Assembly (NCBI GenBank): GCA_030704615.1
Contig: CM060731.1
Span: 44,020,001-44,084,000 of the forward strand
DNA: 64,000 nt
Direction of reading: 5' to 3'
Origin: Takakia lepidozioides
Taxonomy: Eukaryota; Plantae; Bryophyta
A program made the translations under genes and the position numbers. The notes under the pieces are model-generated. The model worked only from the letters and a program-made list of their open reading frames with translations. It did not search any database and was not told the origin of the DNA. Shown here in pieces: positions 1-12,100 of the stretch (position 1 is its first letter; each line of letters begins with the position of its first letter).

Positions 1-22
1 TGTGTGTGTGTGTGTGTGTGTG
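1..22. repeat. (TG)n microsatellite
   Basis: Directly visible. Confidence 0.95.
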
Positions 23-109
23 TACCTGCATCGCAAGGGCAGTGGAGCAAATATGACTTCTCGGGAGGCTTTTTCCTCCTTCTAGTTGCTGTACAGAATT
101 GTGGCGGGA

Positions 110-3100
110 ATGGGACGAGTGAGTTCGGCGGCCCCTGAGGGGGCCCCGGCTCCCCACCAGAATCGGCCAAGGTTGTTCATCAAGGAAATGGTGTTGGAGA
201 ATTTTAAGTCGTATGCTGGGAAGCAGTTCATTGGACCTTTTCATAAGGTGATTATTTCCCTTTATGTAGTTTCCTTCATGTACAGCACGAAGATACCTTG
301 GCATTCCACTCATCCAGCAAATTTTCATCACGTCATTGCGTTCTGGTTTGAGATTGGAGTATCACTGGAGAGGTCTACTTCTGTGCTTGCAGTGCTTCTC
401 GGCAGTTGTGGGGCCAAATGGCAGCGGGAAAAGCAACGTTATTGATGCCATGCTCTTCGTCTTTGGCAAACGTGCTAAACAGGTCTGGTTCTTTATAACT
501 GGAAGCCCAATAGTGAGAATTGTCATGTTAACTGTAAGAGTCATCAACAACCTCTTTCATGTATCCATCACATTTCTCACGTTTCTCTCACAGACTTTAA
601 TGCAGCTACTTAAGTCTCCAAAGAAAATTGCTGTGTTTGATAATCTTAGCAGCTAAAAGTGCTGATTTGGGAAGTGCAGATGCGGTTGAACAAGGTGTCA
701 GAGCTTATCCACAACTCCACCAACCATCAAAACTTGGAGAAGGCCTCTGTGTCTGTGCATTTCCAGGAGATCATTGACCTGGTAGAGCTCTTTCAGTCCT
801 TGGAGAGCCTAAGGGCCCTCAGAAGAGAGTAAGAAGGGAGTTTTCTGTTTATCTGCCATATGTAGTTTGTTTTGAGTTTAAATTTCTAGTATCCAAAAGC
901 TGTCTGAAGTTCTGCACAGAATCTATCTTACTAGGTTACATTGGGCTGCATGTTGTGGTGGGGCCAGGAAGGCGATGCTTATGAGGCTGTACCTGGATCA
1001 GAGTTTTCGCTCACGCGAGTTGCCCTCCGGGACAACTCCTCAAAGTACTACATTGACAACCGCACCAGTACCTTCACTGAAGTCACCAAGATGCTGAGAG
1101 CCAAAGGGGTAGACCTTGAACACAACCGTTTCCTCATTTTGCAGGTGAGACCAGTTGAATCCACAGTAACTGTGTAGCAAAACCATGAGTGTGCTTTGGG
1201 CTACTGTTTTCATAGATAAATTTGCAGCTTTGTGGAAAGGTTGAGGAAGAGGAATTGTTTCACAACCGTCCTGCCACAGTGGTTATAAGATTCTAAAGAA
1301 CCCTTTTTTTAGCTTATACCAAGCATTATCAACCCATGAGATTGATGAGCTGGTGGAAAAAGGAGCACGCACAGACTGGTACTTTGGACAACCCATACCT
1401 TATGGGACTTAAGACCTGCTATTGGAGGCTTCTCCCTTCTTTCAATACTTGTCTTTCCCTTTGACGGTAGATTCATGCTGCACAAAGCAGTCTGGGACTG
1501 GGAATTCTGCAGACCAATGAGATAGCTAAAAATGATTGCTGGAGGTCGTTGTAGGGGGAGGTTGAGCAGATATCATTGATGAAGCCTAAGGCGCAGGGTC
1601 CTCATGATGAAGGGTTTTTGGAATACCTGGAAGACATAATTGGCTCAAATCAATATGTCGAAGGCATTCAGGGGGCCACCGAACAGTAAGTGTGACCCTC
1701 TACGACAAAGTCATTTATCAAGTGGTTTTGTCCTGTATGTTTCTATCACAACTACATTTGATGTGCTAGACTAGAGTCAAACTACCCCGTTTTATCCTCT
1801 GTCTGGATTAGACCTTAATTCATGTATTGAACATGCAACATGATTTAGGTTGGAATTATTGAACGAGAAACGGGATAGTATGGTGCAGCGAGTCAAGATT
1901 GCAGAGAAGGAGAAGGATGGTCTGGAGGTAACACTGGTCTTTTCCCCTTCAGAAATGTGATGTAGTCGATGTGAATCACCAACCACAATTTGATTGCAGA
2001 TACTCCATTAAGAAAATTTGAGGTATACAACCTTAGCTGGGCACTGGAGGTGTATATATGTTGAGATTTGTAGGTGCATATTAGGCCAGCATGGAGACAG
2101 CATCCACAGCAGCTGGGTCATTAAAGATGTGACTTTTGAGACATTGTCAAGCAATCTAGTTGCATTCATACCCTCTATGAAGAAACATCTTCAGATTACC
2201 CATGAAGATTCATGGACTTCAATAGTTGGAACTTGTCTGCAATGGGAGTACTGTGGGTGAAAAGAGTCATGGAGATGTGTAAACCGTCAATGTATGTAGC
2301 CTGGTTGTGTGACAGTAAGCTCATGACAGTCAATGATCTGCATCTGTTTACTTGGCAATAGTGTACCAATCAGCAATGTAAGGTTAAGTTCTAAGTTTAC
2401 AATTTCAACTAACAGAATGCAAAGATGGAGGCTGAGGCATTTATGCTCAAGGAGGCACAGCTATTAGTGGCCAAGAAACAAGCGACAGAGCTTTCTCTAG
2501 AGGAGGTCACCACTGACGCTAAGAATCTAACAGAGACTGTTGCACAATTGGAGATAACCCTTCATCAAGACCGGTATGTGTGATTACATCCTACCTACAG
2601 TTGCATGCAGCCTTCACAATTTTGACCTTGTCATGTTTCAAACTCCTGCTTTTGGTACCTCCTTAACAAATCTCCTCCAGTAGTGCATTGCATATGCACA
2701 GCTGGTGACAGAGAGTAAGTTGCTCCCTGTTGCTAGACTTTCAGCCCATAATGACCTACAGATTGATTGTTGCATTATTTTTATCCTAACGCTGCGAACA
2801 CTTGGCAGTGAGAAACGTGCTAACCATTCAGTTGAGATCAAGGAGCTGGAGAAGACCCTGAATAAACAGACCAAGCATCATGAGGTTTGTTTCTGAACAC
2901 CATGTCTGATATTAAACCTTCATCTGCCAATTTACCCTGCCTGTTTCATCAAGAAAATATTTGTGGTCCTCAACCTGCAGTATCATTAAATAAATGGTTG
3001 AAGACTGATAATCTCAAATTCTAGTCAACTTACCTTAGTTAGATGCTATCATCTCAAGTCTAGGGACATTTTTATCCATGAATTACTTTGAATGTTTCGA

Positions 3101-6100
3101 AACTTCATGAGCAGATATGATGGCTAGTGAGCTGAAAGCTCTCTTCAAATTGAAGAAGTGCAGTTGATGAAAAAATGGTAAGATTTTACTTCCTCTGTTG
3201 TGGGGGGTTGTGGCTAGATCTACAATTGATGCACCAATGGCACTTCTGAAATTGGGAAGCGAGATCGTGCTTTGTGGTTTCTCTGACAAGCCCTTGTCTG
3301 GACAAGTGCTGGTGCAGGAGGTAGAAGTGGACTTCAAAAAATGTTCAGATCAGTTTAAGAGCTATGAACGCCAAGACCTAAAGTATCAAGAGGATCTCAA
3401 GCATCTGAATCAGAAATTGAAAAAATTGGAGGAAAAGATAGCTAAGGTGATTCCATTTCTTTTCCAGCAGACATTTGCATCGAGCATAGGATGAGCTTTC
3501 TCATTTACTTTCAGAGGTTTCGATGTGAAAAAAATTGAGTAGAAGACACCATTATCTTCGGTGCAGAAAGCTTTGGATGGAAGTTAGAGATAGGCCTATC
3601 TCCAGACCCAGTGTGTGTGAGCGTTGACATTGGTAAACACACTTTTGAAGGTCATAATCCTGTAGCATATGAGCTGTTTGCACTTGTAATAGGATACTGC
3701 AAAGATTGAGGCTGTGGAAAAGGAGAGTGAGGAGGCAACATTGCTGATACCCAAGCTGGAGGGAGATATTGGGAGGCTTAGTCAGCAACTTGGAGAGGAA
3801 GAGAAAGTGCTTGAAGAAATCAAAGAGAGCTGTAAAGGTGGGTTTCCTTGGCCAGATGTGGTGAATGATGAGACTGCTACTAAGGTCATTGTGACAGAAT
3901 GGAAGTAGGCTCTGGAGGGTGATGTGTTTCAGACTGGCGGTAAGCTTATCTAGTCATTGCATATTCTGAAGAGCTTTCTGAGGCAGTCCTGTTTTCATCT
4001 TAGCATGGTAGTAGTGATCCTCAACCTTTAGTGTAAGTGCAGTCAGTGTCCACCTTTGAAACAGAAGGTTGTAGCCCCTGTCGAGATGAAGGGACTCCAT
4101 AATTTATGCTTGCTTCGGCAGGAGTCTAGTCTATTTGTGACAACCATTCCTTGCTCTGTAGGTAAGCTACTTCAGTGTGGTGGTTCTTTGACTTGTGGCC
4201 CCATGAGGGTCTTAAAACCATCTTTTGACGAGTGCACTTGCTGGTTTAGGTGAAATTGAGAAGTGTCGGGAGCAACTTGCTGTGGTACGTTTGGAGCTGG
4301 AGCCCTGGGAGAAGCTGGTGAATGAGTCTCAAGGCAAGATTGACGTCAATACTTCAGGGAGCAAACTTCTGAAGAAGAAGGTGGGCATGCCTTAAAGACT
4401 CCTGAGTTAGTGTTGGGTGAAACAATAACTGCTGTTCTTGGAGAATTGGAGAAATGAAATGAATGAAATGAAATGAATGAAATGAAATGAAATAAAATGG
4501 TGCTTTATAACGTCCGTGGAAAGCTCATAGAGCTTATGGGACAAAATGGAAGAAAACATGAGAGAGGAACAAAATCAGAACCCAAGATTAAGAACTAATG
4601 TTCTAGCGATTGTCTAAGGGTGAAGGCCTCGTGTAGGTATGCTGCCAAGTAATGTCACAGAAAGCCCAAAGAGACTATTGGACGAGAACACACTTTTCAT
4701 AATGTTACAGAAATGAAATGAAATGGAACTTTATAATGTCCGCGGAAAGCTCCAAGAGCTTATGGAATGGTACTTTATAATGTCCGGCAGCTTATGGGAG
4801 AAGAAATGAAATGAAATGGGACTTTATATCATCCGCAGAAAGCTCAAAGGAGCTTATTGGAAAAAAGGAAAGCGAGAAACAAGAAATGAAATGAATTGAA
4901 ATGAAATGGTACTTTATAACGTCCGCGGAAAGCTCAAAGAGCTTATGGGACAAAATGGGAAAAACAAGAGAAATGAAATGAAATGAAATGAAATGAAATG
5001 GTGCTTTATAACGAGAGAGGTGACAAAACCAAAGCCAAAAAGCAGCCCAAAAGCAACTACTGCTCAAAGGGCTTGCCTAAGGGTCAAGGCCTCGTGCAGG
5101 TCCCATGGAATAGACAGTGGAATCTCCCACAGACCTCATAATACAGAGGGCAATAAAAGAAGAAGAATTCTTCAGTTTCAATGTCCTGGTTGCGCCCGGT
5201 GCAAGCTGGGCAGGCGGTCCTCCCGTTGCAGGTTTTCCCATCTGCCAGTCTCTATCCGTAGATTGTGGGAGCCCACCTGAACCCCCTAATGCCCTCAGGA
5301 GGGAAGGAGAAATGAAATGAAATGGTGCTTTATGACGTCCGCGGAAAGCTCATAGAGCTTATGGGACAAAATGGAAGAAAACATGAGAGAGGAAACAAAA
5401 CCAGAGCCAAAAATAAAAACTACTGCTCGAGTGAATGTCTAAGGGTGAAGGCCTCGTGTAGGTAAGCTGCCCAGCATTTCTGATCCTCATAGTGCAAGAC
5501 TTCAGTGAGAGATTGGGTTTCACAGAATAGACTGGAATCTCCCACGGATCTCATAGTAAAGAGGGCAGTAAAAGAAGAACAAACAAGAAAGTGAGAGGGG
5601 CAGCCCAAAAGCAACTATTGTTCAAGGGATTGTCTAAGGGTCAACGCCTCATACAGGTATGCTGCCAAGCATTATTGGGTATCACAGAATAGACAAGTAA
5701 ATCTCCCATGGAACTCATAGTAGAAAGGGCAGTGAAAGAAGAAACGGTTTTCACTATAGATTTTCCTGTTGTTCCCAGCTCAAGCGGGGCTCATGTTGCA
5801 GGTTGTCCCGCCTACCAGTATCTGTCCGGAGACTGGGAGCCCACCCTGAACCTCCCCAATTCCCTTGGAAGGGAGGGAGATTAGAGCTGCAGACCAGTAA
5901 TTCGCCGCAAGATTCTATCCTCATGGAGGACCAAGAATGTCTATTTGATAGAACTGCAGTTTGGCTTCCGTGTCCGTGTGACATGAAGTTCCATAAGTTC
6001 TCTACTCTTGTATATCGAGAGATTCTCTAAGTTTGAGAATGAAAGGAACTTCACAACATCATGGGAAGCTAAAAGAGCTTATGGGACAAGGCCCACCAAA

Positions 6101-9100
6101 ACCAGCCGCCACAATCAGAAAACTGGAGAGAAATGAAATGAAATGGTGCTTTAGAAGAGAAATGAAATGAAATGAAATGAAAGAAAATGTGCTGTCCCCT
6201 TTGTATTGAGGTTACTTTTGTTGGGTGCATCCTCCCTTGGTCTGTCTCCACTTCGTGCACTTCTTTGCCTGCTGTCTGTACCGCGGTTGTGATCAAGGTT
6301 TTTGGTTTATAAAGTTTGTTCTGGGTTGTTTCACCCTTATGAGAGAGAGTGCTCGTATTTTGTACTCTTAAGGGAACAACAACCTTTGGGAGACCAAAAC
6401 TGGTTGCAGCCCAAAATTGCCGGTACTTGTGCACAACGGACAGCCATGTGGTTACAGGGAATTAAATGTTGATTTTTTGTGCTGACATAGCATGACATTG
6501 ATTCCAACACTGCTTCTCAAGCCCTCTAGCTCTTCATGTAGAGTGTACAGGGACTATATCCACTAGGCTATGCAAACAACGTCTTATGAATACATTCTAT
6601 CTAGACAGAGAGAACGCAAGACAGATCTGAGATCACAATGTCTGCACAAAGTATATGCTAACACAGTCCTCATGGGTACAGCACAATGCAGGAAAAATGG
6701 CATACAATGAAGCCCAAGATAATATACGAGCAATAAAGGAAAACATCCAACAAAAGGAAAAAGATCTGGAGCGCCTGATTGCTGACCAGGGGCATACTCA
6801 GGCGAGGTCAAAGAATGCCCACCAGGAAGAGCAGGTAGCATCCTTATCCTCCCTGTGTGTATGTGGGGAAGGGAGATCCTTTATCCTTGACATTTGCACT
6901 GTTCTACAGACTCCTAATGAGAAGGTATCATGCGGCAGGAATGTGTGAAAAATGAGGAAGAGTTGATTGCCAGTGAACAAGCTCTACGACAGAAAGTGGG
7001 TGAAATGCGTGCATTGTTGGAGACAGAGAAAAGCCAGGGGACGGTAGTGCGGGCCATCCTTCAGGCCAAAGATTCTGGCCAGATTGAAGGCATTTATGGT
7101 CGTCTTGGAGACTTGGGTGCAATTGAGGGTAAAGTCCTATATCCTGTTTCTTTCTCTCGAGCAATAGTTTTATTCTTGGCTCTGGTTTTGTGTCCTCTCT
7201 CATGTTTTCTTCCATTTTGTCCATAAGCTCTATGAGCTTTCCCCGAACGGTTTAAAGTACCATTCCATTTCATTTTATTTCATTTCTCTTAATATATTTC
7301 TCAAGGCTCTGAGGAGGTTTGACACTCACAGCATACTGATGCATAACTTCAATCTGCTTTTTAACTAAACTCCTCTGTACGTGCAGCAAAATATGATGTG
7401 GCAATATCAACCGCTTGTGGAGGATTGGACTTCATAGTTGTGCAGAGCACAAGTGCAGCACAAGATTGTGTTGAGCTCCTCCGAACCAAGGGCCTGGGTG
7501 TTGCCACCTTTCTGATTCTGGTGAGCACACAGGGAGTTGAGCACCATGTTGATTGCTCTTATCTCCCAGACTGTAGTCTTTGCTTACTATTGCAAACTAT
7601 CAGTAAATTAGGTTCTGGATTGTGGCACTCACAACAATGTATTCTGCTTCAAAGTGCAACCTTTAAAATGAGGATGTAGGAAGAGTGATTGAACCTGACA
7701 TGTGACACAATGACTGCAGGATAAACAAGGTGGGTTGGTTCAGAAGATGAACCAACATATCCAGACTCCAGAAGGGGTGCCCCGTTTGTTTGATCTAGTA
7801 ACTGTCTGTGATGAGAGCCTACGTCTTGCATTCTACTCACAACTAGGGAACACTGTTGTTGCCAAAAATCTTGATCAGGTCCGTATCGCAACCCGGTAGC
7901 TTCATGTAATCTTCATCTTCTTACTGCTCAATGGGTTCTTAGGCAGAAATGGACTTGCTATCAAGCCGCAAGTTAGAAATTTGGTTTGAATTGATATTCA
8001 ATGTTGAATGTCAGTAGGCCACTGTTGGTTGCAACTGCAGTCTGCAAGAACGTGACGACTGGGCAGAAGCATGCACCTTAATCTCAGCTGATTTTCTTTG
8101 TGGAAGTGAATGTGGATAATGTGTTCAATCTAGGTTTAGACATCTTCTGTACTTTCCTCTCATGGACACAATGAATTTTTTCCGCGGACGTTATAAAGCA
8201 CCATTTCATTTCATTTCTCTTGCCTACTCACTGGGTGGGATATCAGCGGGACCTTGCTATGGCCTTGGGAGCCTGGATTGTAAGTCGTAAAGCAACATTT
8301 GACTATCCAAGATTCTTACCCTCATAATAGTTGTGCACCTGCTGACAAGAGAAACTGGTGGATCTGTGGATCTGTATCGTCACCAGGCTACAAGAATATC
8401 TTATGGACCAGCTGTAGAGTTCAGGAGGGTAGTCACATTGGATGGTGCTGTGTTTGAAAGGTCGGGCACAATGACTGGAGGTGGAGGTAGGCCTCGAGGG
8501 GGACGAATGGGGACTGCAATTCGGGATTCTAGTGTGTCTCGAGAAAGCTTGGCAACTGTGGAGCAAGAATTGCAATCGGTGAGCGAACAGTTGGCTGCTG
8601 TTCGGCGCCGCATTTCAGTAGCTGTGCAACAATACCAGATGGCTGACAAGGCCCTCTCTCAGTTGGAGCTTGCTATTGCAAAGACTCAAATGGAGGTTGG
8701 TCAGCTTTACATCACATTTGTTAAAATGTGCTTTGTGGGAAAGAAGGATACACATAGAAGAGATACTAGGGCAGGAGAGGAAGAGAAATCAAAGCAAAGT
8801 GAAAGTTTACGGGACAAGAGAGTGACTGAACAAAGAAACAAATACTGACAAAGCTGGCATTGTATTCCACGTTCCTGTCACACTTGAGTAGTTTGTTGGT
8901 TTTTGCTGTGTTGTTCTCTCTTGTTCTGTGTCCCTTGGACTTCTTGTACCACCTGCTTGAGGGACTTGGTCTGTGTGACTCTTGATGTCTTCTGAAGTAG
9001 TTCTTGGTTTCTTCTACCTATCCCATGGGCCCCTGTGGCTTCTGTGGATGCCATAGAGGTTCTGTCTTTAGTACACACATTGAGCTTCCTGTGGACGTTA

Positions 9101-12100
9101 TCAAGTCTACATCTTGTTTCATGCTTTCTATGTATAAGTGAGCTTATTCTTGTCTTGGAAGTTGTCTAAGACTCAACACCTCGTGTAGATATGCTGCCAA
9201 GCATTTCTGATCCTCATAATGGAAGACCTCTGAGACTGGCTTTCTCAGAATAGACACTAGTATCTTCCCTGGATCTCATAGTAGAAATGACAAATGAAAT
9301 GAAATGGAATGGTACTTTATAATGTCCGCGGAAAGCTCAAAGAGCTTATGGGACGATATGGGACAGATGAACTGAAATGGTGCTTTATAACGTCCGCGGA
9401 CAAAGAAAGAAGAGATGTTCTTCACTTTTCACCCCTCCTGTCATTCCTAGCACAAGCAGGGTACAAGCTCTCATCACACTGCAGGTTGTCCGACCTACTA
9501 GTCTCTCCCACAGTGAACGAAGAATGAAAGAATTAATGAACAGTATATTCCAGGACAATGTGGAAGAGGGGAGTAGTCTTTGCAGATGTTATCATGATGA
9601 GTTTCAGACTGTGTTCTGAGAATGGATGCTGATGCTGATACTTAACAGCGCGTTATCTGTACCCTTTTTCATCTGGACAGCTAGAAGCCTTGAAATGCCA
9701 GCAAAGTGATCTATCTAAGCAGCTTGACACTCTGAAGATCGGGGCTGAGCCCAAACAAGAAGAGCTTGACCAGATCCAAGAACTGGACGAATTAGTTGCT
9801 CGTGAGGAGGCACAGCTAGCAGATTTACTTCAAAGTTCTGAAGAACTGCGAAAGAAGGTAATCTTTGAATTTGTTGCTCTTTTCTAATTTATGTCTTGGT
9901 GGTATGTCTGTGTTGTTAGATATTAACTGCTTACTAACGTTCACATATTAGGATCTCCTCATTTGACTTTGCTTTCAGGCAAAAGACTTCATATCTTCAT
10001 ATCACAAGGATTGCGGTCACACATTCATCAAGGCCGGTAAAAAGAAGTGATCAATTGATAGAGTGATAGTGAGAGGAATTCACAAAACACACTGCAGACT
10101 GCTGCACTTAAATGAATTCATATTTGACATAGGTCAAAAAATTTCCCGCAGGCAAAAGAGCTACAGAATGAAATGGAGCATGCTGGAGGTGAAAAACTGA
10201 AGGAGCAGAAAGCTGTTGTTGATAAGCTTCAGGAGGTAATTGACCAACATTCTGGAGCCAGCTTCAATTGACTCACACTGACAACACAGTACATGGAGAG
10301 GCACAGGGTTAATTTATAATCATCTACAAATCCCACAGTAAAAGCTGTACCCTTGTGCAGGATACCAACCAAGCAAGCTCAGAGATCAATCGGAGGAAGG
10401 TTCAAATCACAAGCAACAACAAAACAGTTCAGAAACTCAAAACAGCCATTGAAGATGCCAGCAATTCAAGTGCCAAGGGCATAAAAGACAAGGAAAGATT
10501 AGTGGCAGAATTCAAAGATATTGAGTGTAAGGCGATTCACATGAAGGAGGAATGCAACAGCCTGCAGGAGGTAATTTTTGTGATTGTATTTTTGTGATAG
10601 ATGTAAAGGGCACTTAAGAAATCTTTTCAGAGGTAAGGAGAAATGCATGAATAGGAGATTGGAAAGCCGTAGGCCAACAGTTGCAGCAAGGATACAAATT
10701 GCTAAGGGCCAACAAAGAGAATGTATTATTTGCTAGCAATCTGAGATGCCACTGCCATAAACTTGTAATTGACAAGGAAAACTGCTTTCTTCCTTTCTTC
10801 AGGGGCATCACTGTGGTCCACTCTATAACCTGTAGACAATTTCTTATGAGTACATTCTATATGACCCAGAGACAGCTTTCAACTTTCAGCATCTCAAGGC
10901 TGAGCCGAAAGCCCTGGCCCTGTTGGGGTCTAACTTTTGGGCTGCTCACACACAGCAGATTGATGCTTGTGTGAAGGGCTTTCTAGAGGATATCTGGGAA
11001 GCCCAGACTAATTGTTTATATGAAGGTAAGTTGCACTACTGGAGTGAGCCCCTCACAGAGGTAGGGCCTATTCCCTATGTTACCATCCAAACTGGGCGTG
11101 GGGACTATGGCCACAAGGCCACAGCAAACAAAGTCGTAAGGGTACATTCTATATAACCCATAGAGGCTGACTACGGCAGACTCTAATGTCAAACTGGCCT
11201 GATTTTGATGGTATAAAGCAGGGTGGATATATCTGGTTCGAGAAAAATCTGCTGTAAATAATGTGGTCATATGCACTTTCTCAAGATCCAAGAGGGGCAC
11301 CCATGTATAAGCCTGGCTCAGCACCCCTTATAAGTGTAGTATTGGTTATGTGCAGGGTTGGATACTGTTATGCACCCCTTAATTGCACTTTGCCGGAAGG
11401 TAGAGACTATTTTTTCAATTTTCATATGACACTCTCCACAGTTCTTCACTTGGTGGAGCTGATGTTGAGTATGTGACTACAGACTCTCAAGAAACACCAT
11501 TCTGAGCTGGATGCAACCAGGAAAAAACATGCAGAACTCAAGAAGAAAATCAATGAGTTGCGCACTGCAGAGGTAAGTCAAGTCCTTCACACCCTGCCAT
11601 TGTGACTCTCCAGTTTAGTTTATTTTTTCAAAGGCTCTCTAAGGAAGATGCTGTGACAGTCTCATACATAGAATTGACCCAATCTTCCCCAGTACTTCGA
11701 TGTTGGAGGGGTTCATAATCAGATGGTTTGCTGAGGTGAACCACACTAGGTTACGGTTCAGGCACCATCTGAGGATATCTAATAGAATTGGACAACTGAG
11801 AAAGGTGAGAGGCATGTCACCACAACTTTGCACCCCTCTGAAAACCTGTAGTATCATGCATTCAGCCTTGCAGGGTCCCACACTGCCTGTAGATTATCTT
11901 TTCTAATTTATGGTTCTTGCACATGCAGGTGGATGCTGAGGACAAACTGAACGACATTAAGGAGGCAGCAAGATCACATGAGGCAAAGAAAGAGTTTTGC
12001 AAGAAGGAAGTGAAGGAGCTAAGCAAAAAGCTATGTGAACATGTGGAGCAGTCAGTCTCTATCCTTGGGATTTAATACGAAGAAGCTCCTGGGGCACTGA

